Source: Eledone cirrhosa (taxonomy: Eukaryota). Taken from it: a DNA stretch of 64,000 nt. The notes under the pieces are model-generated. The model was not told the DNA's origin and searched no databases. It saw only the letters and a list, made by a program, of their open reading frames with translations. Location: the NCBI GenBank assembly GCA_964016885.1, contig OZ024740.1, positions 73,532,001 through 73,596,000 of the forward strand, in the 5' to 3' direction. The stretch's first letter is position 1. Every line of letters begins with the position of its first letter. This document shows, in pieces, positions 38,226 to 52,604 of the stretch. The translations under genes were made by a program, and so were the position numbers.

Positions 38226-38324
38226 TCATAAACTCTCTGACAATATCTACTCCCATGTTATTTTTCTACATTGATGTAGTAAGACTCTTTGTTTTTAAAC
38301 TACTTGGGGTTACCTTGCTAACCT

Positions 38325-38450
38325 AATTATCAGCAGGGGAGGTTGCTCTGAGAGCATAATAGCTAGACTAAGGATAGCATGGAAGAAGTTTAGAGAGCTA
38401 CACCTTCAGCTGACAACAGTTTCTTCCTATGTATGAAAGGATGGCTGTAT
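38325..38450 (+). pseudogene. Short RTE LINE fragment
   Basis: GGCSESIIARLRIAWKKFREL, matching the 41-kb and 43-kb copies. Confidence 0.7.
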
Positions 38451-39179
38451 GTAAATAAATTAAAATGAGACTGGTATATAAAAAAAAAGCAATCCTATGG
38501 ATTAAAAATTATCAAAATCCTGGAAAGATATATTTACATATGTATTTACTTATTATTCTGTTGTTTGGTGCTATAATAGTGATCAAATTGTGAAATATTA
38601 TTCTGACCCTGAAATGAGGAACATTTGACTACCTCATTCAGGTGCATCATCCATTCATATAAATTCAATAGAGTTAATTACTTCATTTCATAAATACTTG
38701 TTACAGATACTTTCATTCCCACTATACTGTGACCAGTTAGAAACTGAAGCTAAATCTTACAATGAAATCACAATTGTCACAAATAAACAATGAATCTTCT
38801 TCAGTTTTGAAGATGAGTGTTCCATTTGTTCTATCAATTGAACATCCTGCACATGAAATTCACACCTAATTGGTTGAGTATTCCCCTCACACTGTACCCT
38901 TAATATAATTTAACATGACATATTGTGTGTTAAGGTTGGCCCTTTGTATTACATCTGATGGGCTTTGAAACAGCTTCCTTCTACCAAATTTTACTCACAA
39001 GACTTAATTCGACCTGAGGCTGCAATAAAGGATTATGATCAATCCCTGGAGCTAATGATTATAAAGTGAACTCCTTAGTTATTCTGTACCCACAGTAAAT
39101 AAGAAAAGACATGAGTAATGTAGTACTAGATGTACATGGCTGATGTTGGTAAATATATATGATAACAATAACTTTTAAA

Positions 39180-39486
39180 GGTACTCTGTCGGTTACTACG
39201 ATGAGTGTTCCAGATGATCTGATCAACGGAACAGCCTGCTCATGAAATTAACGTGAACCGGCTGAGCATTCCAGAGATGTGTACACTTAACATAGTTCTC
39301 AGGGAGATTCGGCTTAACATAGAATGTGACAAGGCTAGCCATTCGAACTACAGGTACAACTCTTTTTTGCCAGCTGAGTAGACGGGAGCAACATGAAATA
39401 AAATGTCTTGTTCAAGGACACAATGAATCGAACTCACAACCTCCCAATCGTAAACCAAATACACTAACCACAAAGCAACACACCTT
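39180..39486 (-). mobile_element. tRNA-derived SINE
   Basis: A/B-box-like head tgtggttag...gagttcgattc; tgtgtccttgaacaagaca core; tail ttccgttgatcagatc..gtaaccgac. Partial relatives at ~38800-38960 and ~44840-44975. Confidence 0.7.
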
Positions 39487-40024
39487 TAATAACTAAGACT
39501 GACACAAAGCCATCAATTTTGTGGATGGGTTAAGTTGGTTTAATCATCCCCTGTACTTGAATATCAAACTCCAAAGTGATGAAATACAAAATAACTAAAT
39601 ACTACAGGATAATAATTAAAGATAACATCACATATGTCATACACACACTTACACACACATAAAAAAAGGAATCACTGCCAATTTTGGCAGACAATCATCA
39701 TTGAGATATTTAATAAATTATTGAAGAAACTTCTTTACTGTACCAGTGTAGTTATTCTGCAAGACATAAACCAGGGCAAGTTGTTTTGTGGAAGTCTCGC
39801 AATTTCCTTTCTATGCCAGTTATCCCCCTTTACACCACCAATTTTATCCAAACTGGAGACAAATGGTTGATACAGCTTGGCACCAGAGTTATTACAACTC
39901 ATTTTTTTTCCCCACCTGAGTAGACATGATCAATGTGAAATAAAGTGTCTTCTTGTTCAAACAAAATATTATTGGAGAGATCAGAATACTTCAAGTGAAA
40001 AGAATACAGAAGAGCATACATGTA

Positions 40025-40075
<51 letters not shown>

Positions 40076-40156
40076 TATCCCGGGTTCAATCGGGAGTAAC
40101 CACAGTAAGTAAGGTACTCAATACAAAGCACAGTATAAATATTTAATATAGAAAAG

Positions 40157-40205
40157 GCTTCTACAGGACTAGAACTGTTTCATTCGGAAGAAATCATCAG
40201 GAAGC
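40157..40205 (-). ncRNA. Type I hammerhead ribozyme (same family as 30499) with inverted partial copy
   Basis: gcttc-CTGATGA-t-ttc-ttcc-gaa-t-GAAA-cag..ctg-TA-gaagc; partial plus-strand copy CTGAGGA...GAAAC at 40208-40232. Confidence 0.8.
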
Positions 40206-40228
40206 TTCTGAGGATTTCTCCCGAATGA

Positions 40229-40269
<41 letters not shown>

Positions 40270-40562
40270 TGTCCTAAGACTGGCATTAATTAGTGGATAG
40301 TGGTCATGTAGGTGCCACAACAAAAAAGCACCCAGCCCACACTGTAAGGTGGTTGTGTAGGCGCCCACAGTAAAAGAGCACCCAGTACTCACTGTAAATG
40401 AGGTTCGTGTTAGGAAGGGCATCCAGCTGTAGAAATCAGGCCAGAATCAGTTCTGTATGAGCTAGACATGGTCACCTGACCTGGCATTGCCCACAACATG
40501 ACGACCCGTCTAACCCATGCAACGTGGAAGAATGGATGTTAAACAGTGGTGATGATGATGAT
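40270..40562 (+). mobile_element. RTE-related 3' end (LINE tail or RTE-tailed SINE) with (GAT)n tail
   Basis: aggaagggcatccagctgtagaaa...aacccatgc..gtggaagaatggatgttaaa+(GAT)n resembles the 3' end of the adjacent RTE. Confidence 0.55.
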
Positions 40563-40631
40563 ATATATATACCATCATCATCATCGTTTAACATCCATCT
40601 TCAGTGCTAGCATAGGTTAAACGGTTATATA

Positions 40632-42197
40632 TCATCATCATCATCATCATCTTCGTTTAATGTCCATTTTCCACGCTAGCATGGATTAGACAGGAGTTGT
40701 CCCACTTGAGGCAAGGCTGGTCGGGTGACCGTGTCTCGCTCATATAGGACTATCTGGCAGGTTTTCTATGGCTGGATGCCCTTCCTAACACCAACCACAT
40801 TTACAGTGTAGAACTGGGAATTTTTTACCATGTTACCTACACAACCACATTACAGCATGGACTGTGAGGTTCTTTTGTCGTGACACCTACACCATCTCGA
40901 TCTCATTTTCTCGTGCTGTTGGTGGGAGTGGGAGGATAGGGTAGGGGTAGTGGATTGGGGTGTATATTTGGTTAAGAGGTGCCTACTGACTGTAGGTTTC
41001 GCTTTGTACATAGGCAAGGCGGGTCTTCTGTATTACTGCGTAGCGTCAACGATCTTGGTCCAGAGACATTGTCTTAGAGAGGTGCAAGTGTGTAAGGTTG
41101 GAATTTATCAGATCATCCCAGGTTTTTCTGGGTCTACCTACTCCGTAACTACCATCAATTTTGATCGCCCTGCACTTTTTTATGCAGCTTTCGTCTTTCA
41201 TACACATCACGTGACCATACCAACGTAGTCTTCTCTCATGTAAACAGCATCTGATCCCTCTTATTCCTAATTTCTTACTTAGTTCATTTATACTTTGCTG
41301 TTCACGTATATTACTATTACACATCCAACGGAGCATGCATGCTTCGTTCCTTTCCAGTCTGTGCAGGTCCTCTGCACGTGATGCCCATGTCTCACTGCCA
41401 TGTAGCATTGCTGTTCGTATACAGGCATCATACAATCTGCCTTTCATTTTTAGAGAGAAACCTTTTGTGGCCAACAGCGGTATAAGCTCTCTGAACCTTT
41501 TCCATCCAGTTCTGAGTCTGGCTACTGTACTTTCAGAACACTCTCCACCACTGCTGATTTCGTCACCCAGGTAACGGAAAGTGTCTACTATTTCTATAGA
41601 ACCATCTGGGCACTGGAAGGAGCTAGTATCCTGTGGACACTTGCTGCTACTTATTTCACCAGAGCACTGGCCACATATAAAGTCTACGTTCTTAGATAGT
41701 TTACCTGTGATCCCACTACATCTTTTATGTACCCATACTTTGCATTTGGGACATAAAATGTAATTTCTGCCTACTCCTTTTCTACACACTGAGCATGGCC
41801 ATTTCTCTGAGGGCACCTGTGCCTTATTTTCCTTTCTAAAAACTAGGACTTTAGTCTTAGACAAGTTAACTTTAAGGCCTTTTGATTCTAGGCCATGCTT
41901 CCATGTTTCGAATGTCTTCTCAAGTTCAGCCATTGATTCAGCTATGAGCGTTAGATCATCTGCGTATAGGAGTTCCCATGGGCAGCCGGTCTTGAACTCC
42001 TCTGTTATAGCCTGAAGGGCAATAATAAATAAGAGGGGGCCAAGGACAGAGCCTTGATGAACGCCAACTTTTACACTAAATTCTTCACAATATTCATTGT
42101 TAATTCTAACCTTACTGACTGTTTCATTATACATAGCTTGTATAGCTCTCACAAGCCATTCATCTACACCTAGTTTTCTAAGAGCCCACCAGATAAT
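40632..42197 (-). mobile_element. RTE LINE, 5'-truncated (RT C-terminal half, PHD-like finger, 3' UTR, (GAT)n tail)
   Basis: ORF 41046-42152 with GVHQGSVLGPLLF, LLYADDL, FRYLG, AMLHGSETW, RRLRWYGHV and GRPRKTW. Confidence 0.92.
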
Positions 42198-42210
42198 GGA
42201 GCGATATTTA

Positions 42211-42401
42211 CCATATATACTCGAATATAAGCTGACCCACTATTTTATGTCTGAGAAATGGGCAAAACTCCAAACCTTATTTATGTAGAATTTGTAGTTG
42301 GGGAAAATCGTCAAAATATTAATCCTGAATATAAGCAGATCCCCTTTCTACCATTGATTTTTCGGTCCCATATTCCTCGGCTTATATTCGAGTATATACT
42401 G
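42211..42401. mobile_element. TcMar (pogo/Tc2-like) MITE
   Basis: TIRs CCATATATACTCGAATATAAGCTGA / TCGGCTTATATTCGAGTATATACTG; TA on the left flank. Confidence 0.75.
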
Positions 42402-42478
42402 CACACACACACACACATATATATATATATACATATATATATGTATATATATTTATATATATATATATATATACATAT

Positions 42479-44205
<1,727 letters not shown>

Positions 44206-44314
44206 ATACATTAACAGAGAAAGCTAATAGCGATACTCCAACCAACTCCCATCTCACTCAACAAACATTAGGAAATACCTAAGTATATTCCCAATTATAC
44301 GTTTGGGGTGCTAA

Positions 44315-44585
44315 CCATATGTTGACATAAAATATATAGGAGACTATACTATATTTTGATATGAAGTCATATAGTAGATTAGTTGTTAGGATGTTGAACT
44401 CACAATAGTAAGGTTGTGAATTCAATTTATACACACACACACAGTATATATATTATATATATATATGTATGTATAAATTGAATTCACAACCTTACTATTG
44501 TGAGTTCAACCTCCTAACTACTAATCTACATGATTTCATATCAAAATATAGTATTGTCTCCTATATATTTTATGTCAACATATGG
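44315..44585. repeat. Inverted duplication (~117-bp arms) with microsatellite spacer
   Basis: 44315-44433 is the near-perfect reverse complement of 44470-44585; includes a SINE head fragment. Confidence 0.9.
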
Positions 44586-45673
44586 CACAATGTTGATCAA
44601 ATTATCAGGTAGATCATTTTTGTAACAATTATGACCCGGGCTTGATCCTCTTTGTGACATATAGAGCAAGTTTCTTCTTGCTTAGCTTTGATTTCATTCA
44701 AACTTTCTGAGAGAAATTGGGCAGATGGAAACTGTGTATGATTTTCTTTCTATGTAAATAAATGAATTGTATTAGCATGTAAATAAATGAATTGAATTAC
44801 CTATGGGATGGACTTAACCTATAAATAAAAAAATCAGTCTTTGTCCCACAGAGTATCACACTAAATCTGCCTGAGGGTTACATAAATGGTCAAAGTGTCT
44901 GAGGAAATCTTAGTTGCACTATAATACAATGAATCACTAGTTCCATTGATGAGAAAAAATGGAATACTCATTGTTAAAACCAATGTAAAATAATTTGTTA
45001 AAAGTCAGAATTTCAGAATTATATAACACTTATTTTCTTAACCATTTCATTACCATATTTCTAATAAAATGTACTATTTCAAAGAACTTCGAAAATAACC
45101 ATAACTTTAAATAGATTTAGTAAAATAACTAACTTTGCTATTAGTAAACATGTGTTTGGTAAATAACTTAAAAAGTTCTTTCATGAAATCTTAAAGGAAG
45201 TTTATAACTTTAAAAAATACAATTAGAATCATGGGCAGTCTCAGGTAAGTTAGAATTGAAATGGTTAAATTATGTTTCTGTTTATCCTTACATTTTCAGA
45301 GCATTGTGTTTTAGTGCCAATATAACAATATTTGTGAATTGGCAGAATCAGGAGAACAGTGAACCAAATACCTTGTGGTAATTCATTGTATTTCTTTGTT
45401 TTCAATTCAAAGCCAGTTGTGGGTTGACTACTTTATCTTTTATCTTTTCAATATAGATAAATTAAGTGCCAGTCTAATGTTGATTTTGATGTGATTTACA
45501 GCTCTCATCTCCAAAGATTGTGGGTTTGTGCTGAAGTTAGAAATCTTGTTTACTCCACTACTCTAAAGAAATACCTCTTATTTTTCAATATTTATTATAT
45601 TCAGGATAAAATTCATGATATATTTTTCTACAATCTAATGTTTCTGTCATGTCAATATATCCCTCTAACATAA

Positions 45674-45676
<3 letters not shown>

Positions 45677-45734
<58 letters not shown>
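45677..45734. repeat. (CT)n microsatellite
   Basis: Direct reading. Confidence 0.95.
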
Positions 45735-45736
<2 letters not shown>

Positions 45737-46235
45737 GTGTGTACATCACTCTACACCAGTATGTCTCCCCACCACCACCAATTAGGTGATAGAGAGCCAT
45801 TAGCCTTCACCAATATTTTGAATCCTTTCCCAGCATCAATGACTTCCAACATGACCTTCCACTTCTGAAAAGCCAAATCTACTGGACTCCAGGTCTGTGA
45901 CACTCACCAATAGGTCCTCTCTCCCAGGTCTGCGACACTCACCAATAGGTCCTCTCTCTAGAGAAATTTGATGAAAATAATGTGGCAGCACTTGACATCA
46001 GTAAAATATTCAATTGTGTCCATCATAACAAACGTTTGGATTGGAACTTATATGTCCAATAGCCCCATTGCAACATCAGTTAATGGTGCCCCACCCCCTC
46101 ACTCTCTCACCCACACTCAGTCAACTCTGGTGAACCTCAGGGTAAGGTTATGTTTTCTACACAGGACTAGATAAAGTCCTTTTGCAACCTAGCAAAGTTA
46201 TGTCCCTTTACCTAGCAAAGTTACGTCCCTTTACA

Positions 46236-46600
46236 GTCTGAGTTCAAATCCCGCCGAGGTTAACTTTGCCTTTCATCCTTACGGGGGTCGATAAAATAAA
46301 GTACCAGTAATGTACTGGGTAATTGCTGGCCTTGTGCCTAAAGTAGAAACAATTAATTATTATAATAGTTGTTATTAGGACAATGGATTGGTAGTACCGG
46401 TAGAGTGCCAGACAACATGCTTTGTGGCACATAGTTATGTCATTCTACATTCTGTGTTCAAATCCCGCTGAGGTTAGATTTACTTTTCATCCTTACGGAG
46501 TCCATAATATAAAGTACCAGTAACGCACTGGGTTCAATTTAATCAACTTTCCTCTCCCTCAAAATGGTTGGCCTTGTGCCTAAATTAGAAACCATTATTA
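46236..46600 (+). mobile_element. Two tandem tRNA-derived SINE copies with Meta/MESC-like core
   Basis: gagttcaaatcccgccgaggttaactttgcctttcatccttacggggtcgataaaataaagtaccagt...ggccttgtgcctaaa. Further copies at ~45340-45545, ~47125-47250, 48478-48758 (-), 53498-53612 and ~58310-58405 (-). Confidence 0.75.
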
Positions 46601-47596
46601 AAGATAATGTAGACAGGGGCCTAATGACTTAAAACATTATGGTATCTCCATATATAAAGTCTGCAAACATTTTTTTTTAAATGACAAATACATTTAATTT
46701 AAATAAAATGGTACCCCTCTTCCCTTGATGATTATTTTGTTTAATAGTTCTTCATACCCTTCCTTTACACTCTTTACTTCTGCACTTCAATGACTTATTA
46801 GCTATCATCTCCAACAGCATCGACTCTTATACAAATGGTGCCACATATCTTCACATCTCCATACATTTTCCACATGCAAGCATCATTCACATACAACAGA
46901 CATGTATCAAATTTGCACTGCTCATAGGAAGAGATACTTCAAAGACATTCTTCAATGATGGGGTTATATCAATCTGGTCTCATTCAACAGTACAAGAACA
47001 ACAATCACTGGTCACATCAAGGAAATGTTTTTGTATTCCAACCAGTCCTGAACAACAATCCTTATACAAATACATTATAATCACAGATAATCTCTCCTGG
47101 TAATCTCACATCTAAGGCAGCAAATTGTGGTAGAGTCATTAGAATATAAGAGAGAATGTTTTGCAGTATTCCTTCTGGTTTTCTGCTGTCTGAGTTCAAA
47201 TCCCATCGAGAGTGACAGAAAAATACCAGTCTAGTACTGGGGTCAATTCTTCTTCTATATTTCTTTCTCACTTCCTTTCTCTCACTTTCTATCCTTCTCA
47301 TTCTTTATCCTTCCCTAGAAGAAATCTGCTCTGATCAAACTCGAACAGAAGATGGGCTCTGCTATGCTTTAAAATTCCCAAGACATGTTGTATGTTATTA
47401 TGACACCTCCTACAATTTTAACAGTGAAAAACTACATTCCAAAGATTAATATTTCTCTTTAGAGTCAGAAAATACATCACTTCCTAAAAAGTGTTAAATC
47501 TCTAAAAAGCTCAGATAGCATGCTCACCCTTAATGGAATACTGTATGGTCAGTAGTATAACTAGGTGGGGGGAAGTGGGGATAGTCCACATTGGAG

Positions 47597-50500
47597 TGAC
47601 ACACGCGATCTCTGTAAAAATATCATATTTATTATAGAAGGGGATGCACTAAAACCTAGCAGTAAACAGCTAACCCCTAAACGTAAACTCTGGTAAACAT
47701 TAACACTAACCATAAACCCAGGAAACCTAGGACCACTCTAAAACCCTCCGATGTCCTAGCAATAACCATAACATAAGCACAACTACCACAAAAGAGATAT
47801 AACTACTAACTAATGCAGTAGAAAACATATTAATTGCTCTACAATCTTAACATTGACTACTGTATAATTGCAAACACATTGAATTTAGTCTATAAAAACA
47901 CTACATTTATAATAGAGGGGAAAGTACAAAAACCTAAAATAAATAGTGACTAAACTTCAGAGTTAAACACTAAATTGAAACCCCAACTAACACTAACACT
48001 AAGCTTATACCCTAAACATGTCCGTGAACATAAGGACTAACTTTAAATAACAAACCTAAGCCCACCCTAAAATCCTCCGATGTCCTACCAATAACCATAA
48101 CATAACCCCAGCCCTAACTCCAATCTTAATAAAAGTGATATAACTACTAATACAGCAGATAAATCATTAATTGCCATAGTCTTAACACTAACGTCTATAT
48201 AAATACAAACGGATTAATTTAAAGTTTGTTTATTAAAATACCATATTTATAATAGGAGGGGGCAAGCACTAAGGCCCAGCAGTAAATATTCACTGAACGT
48301 AATTGCTAACCCCTAAATTAATATCCCAACAAACACTAAAGCTAACCTTGACCTTTCCATGAACATTAAGACTAAACCAGCATCCCTAAGCCCTAAATTC
48401 TGGCGATACCCTAGCAATAACCATAAAATATATCATTGTCCAATGTATCAAATAAATATTAAATTTAATTTAATTGTTTCTACTTTTGGCACAAGGCCAG
48501 CAATTACCCAGTACATTACTGGTACTTTATTTTATCGATCCCGTAAGGATGAAAGGCAAAGTTGACCTTGACGGGGTTTGAACTCAGAATGGAAAAGGCC
48601 GTTACTCTATGCGTCAAAGCATGGTGTCCGCCTCTCTATCGATACTGACAATCCACCTTAAATTTAATTGTTTCTACTTTTGGCACAAGGCCAGCAATTA
48701 CCCAATGCATTACTGGTACTTTATTCTATCGACCCCGGAAGGATGAAAGGCAAAGTTAAAATTTATATGTTCCGTATTTTTATATTCCACGCGCAAGGAA
48801 GATAACTCAAAAAGCTTGCATCTAAAAGTTATATTAGTAATCTCCCTTTAACCGTTAACTTCTATGATCTTTTTAAAACAGTTTTGTATACATACACACA
48901 AACAAGACTACCCGAAATTCTAATGGAAGGTATATAACTACTAATTAATGAAGCGGAAAGCATACAAGTGATTGTTCTGCACGCTCAACACTAACTTCTA
49001 TATAAATGCAGACACAATAGATTAAATTTAGTCTATAAACATACTATTTACACAATAGAAGGTGAAGCACAAAAGCCTAGCACTAACTATAAACTTAACA
49101 GCTAACCCATAATTTCAAACCCAACAAGCATTAATGCTAACCGTAAACCCTCACCATTACCACGAGCAATAAGCAAAACTTGAAACCACCCTAAAACCCT
49201 CCGATGTCCTAGCAATAACCATAACATAAACCCAGGCCTATCCCCAATTTTAATAAAAGTGATATAACTACTAATACAGCAGATAAATCATTAATTGCCA
49301 TAGTCTTAACACCAACGTCTATATAAATACAAACGGATTAATTTATACTTTGTTTATTAAAATACCATATTTATAATAGGAGGGGGCAAGCACTAAGGCC
49401 CAGCAGTAAATATTCACTGAACGCAATTGCTAACCCCTAAATATATATATCAACAAACTCTAATGCTAACCTTGAACCTTTCATGAACATTAAGACTAAA
49501 CCAGCATCCCTAAGCCCTAAATTCTGCCGATACCCTAGCAGTAGCCATAAAATATATAATTGTCCCATGCATCAAATAAATATTGTCTCAAGTCTAATAT
49601 AAATACTAGTAATCTCCCTTTAACCGTTAATTTGTATGATTTTTTTTAAAAACAGTTTTGTACACATACACACAAAAGTACCCAAAATTCTAATGAAAGG
49701 TATGTAACTACTAATTAATGAAGAGGATAACATACAAGTGATTGTTCTGCACCCTCAACACTAATTTCTATATAAATGCAGACAATAGATTAAATTTAGT
49801 CTATAAACATACTATTTACACAATAGAAGGTGGAGCACAAAAGCCTAGCACTAAATATAAACTTAACAGTTAACCCATAATTTCAAACCCAACAAAAACT
49901 AATGCTAACTGTAAACACTCACCATTACCACGAACATTAAGCAAAACTTTAAACCAGCAAACCTAAGCTCTAACAGCTTCCAATGTCCTAGAAATAACCA
50001 TAACAAATATAATTGCCCATGTATCAAATCAAATTCTGCTTCAGGCTAATTCTAACATTAACAACAAACCAAAACAGACCATAACCTTAAGTTTAAACTA
50101 ACTCGCTGGCCTTGTGCCAAAAGTAGAAACTATATTTTTATATTCCACGCGCAAGGAAGATAACTCATAAAGCTTGCATCTAAAAATTATATCAGTAATC
50201 TCCCTTTAACCGTTAGTTTCTATGATCTTTTAAAACGGTTTGTATACATACACACAAACCGGACTACCCGAAATTCTAAAGAAAGGTATATAACTACTAA
50301 TTAATGAAGCGGAAAACATACAAGTGATTGTTCTGCACCCTCAACACTAATTTCTATATAAATGCAGACACATTAAATTAAATTTAGTCTATAAACATAC
50401 TATTTACACAATAGAAGGTGGAGCACAAAAGCCTAGCACTAAATGTTGACTTTAAACTTAACAGCTAACCCCTAAGTTCGAACCCAACAAACACTAATGC

Positions 50501-52510
50501 TAACCATAAACCCTAACCATGACCATGAACATTAAGCCTAACATTAAACCAGCAAACCTAAGCTCTAACAGCCTCCAATGTCCCAGAAATAACCATAACA
50601 TATATAATTGCTCATGTATCAAATCAAATTCTGTGTCAGGCTAACATTAATTCTAGCCTTAAGAGCAAACCAAAACAGACTATAACCTTAAGTTTAAACT
50701 AACTCCTAAAGCCATCTGCTGTCCTAGCACTAATCATAACATGTATAATTGCCAATGTATGAAATCAAATTTAGGAATAACAAATATATTTAAATGAAAT
50801 GGAGAGTAATCCTACAGTTTTTTAACTATGTTTTAAGAGATAACTCCCCGTCCTAAAGTTAATTGGCTGGATTTATGAACAAAATAGCTTTTGTACACAC
50901 ATGTATCCCCCCCCCCCCCCGACACACACTCACGATCTCTGTAAATATGGCATATTTATTATGGAAGCGGGGATAGCCCCTAAGTGCAAATCCCTGCAAA
51001 CATCACCACTAGCCAGTAAACCTAGGACTTCTCTAAAACCCTTCGATGTCCCAGCAATAACTATAACATAACCCCAACTACCACAAAAGAGATATAACTA
51101 CTAACTAATGCAGTAGAAAACATAGTTAGTTCTCTACAATCTTAACATTGACTACTGTATAATTGCAAACACATTGAATTTAGTCTATAAAAATACCACA
51201 TATTTAATAGAAGGGAGAGTACAAAACCCTAGCAATAAATACTGGCTAAATTTAAGAGTTAACCCCTAAATTCAAAGCCCAACAAACACTAACAATAAAC
51301 TTATGCCCTAAACATGACTGTGAACATTAGGACTAACTTTAATCCAACGAACCTAAGCCCACCTTAAAAACCTCCGATGTCCTAGCAATAACCATAACAT
51401 AACCCCAGCCCTAACCCCAATCTTAATAAAAGTTATATAACTACTAATACAGCAGATAAATCATTAATTACCATAGTCTTAACACCAACGTCTATATAAA
51501 TACAAACAAATTAATTTAAAGTTTGTTTATTAAAATACCATATTTATAATAGGAGGGGCAAGCAGTAAATATTCACTGAACGCAATTCCTAACCCCTAAA
51601 TTCATATCCCAACAAACTCTAATGCTGACATTGAAACTTTCATGAACATTAAGACTAAACCAGCATCCCTAAGCCTTAAATTCTGGCGATACCCTAGCAG
51701 TAGCCATAAAATATATAATTGTCCCATGCATTAAATAAATGTTGTCTCAAATCTAACATAAATGCTAGTAATCTCCCTTTAACCGTTAATTTGTATGATT
51801 TTTTAAAAACAGTTTTGTACACATACACACAAGAGTACCCAAAATTCTAATGAAAGGTATGTAACTACTAATTAATGAAGAGGATAACATACAACTGATT
51901 GTTCTGCACCCTCAACACTAATTTCTATATAAATGCAGACACAATAGATTAAATTTAGTCTATAAACATACTATTTACACAATAGAAGGTGGAGCACAAA
52001 AGCCTAGCAATAAATATTGACTTTAAACCAGCAAACCTAAGCTCTAACAGCCCCCAATGTCCTAGAAATAACCATAACATATATAATTGCCCATGTATCA
52101 AATCAAATTCTGTGTCAGGCTAACATTAATTCTAACCTTAACAGCAAACCAAAACAGACTATAACCTTAAGTTTAAACTAACTCCTAAAGCCATCTGCTG
52201 TCCTAGCACTAATCATAACATGTATAATTGCCAATGTATGAAATCAAATTTAGGAATAACAAATATATTTAAATGAAATGGAGAGTAATCCTACAGTTTT
52301 TTAACTATGTTTTAAGAGATAACTCCCCGTCCTAAAGTTAATTGGCTGGATTTATGAACAAGATAGCTTTCGTATTTACGTGTACACACACACACACACA
52401 CACAAACGCACGCACGCACACACACAGTCGCGCGCACACACACACACACACACGCACACACACACACAGACGCACACACACAGAGACGCACACACGCACG
52501 CGCACACGCG

Positions 52511-52604
<94 letters not shown>

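Noticed and set aside
45889-46235. ~36-bp and 23-bp tandem duplications
   Set aside because: Ordinary two-copy slippage duplications.
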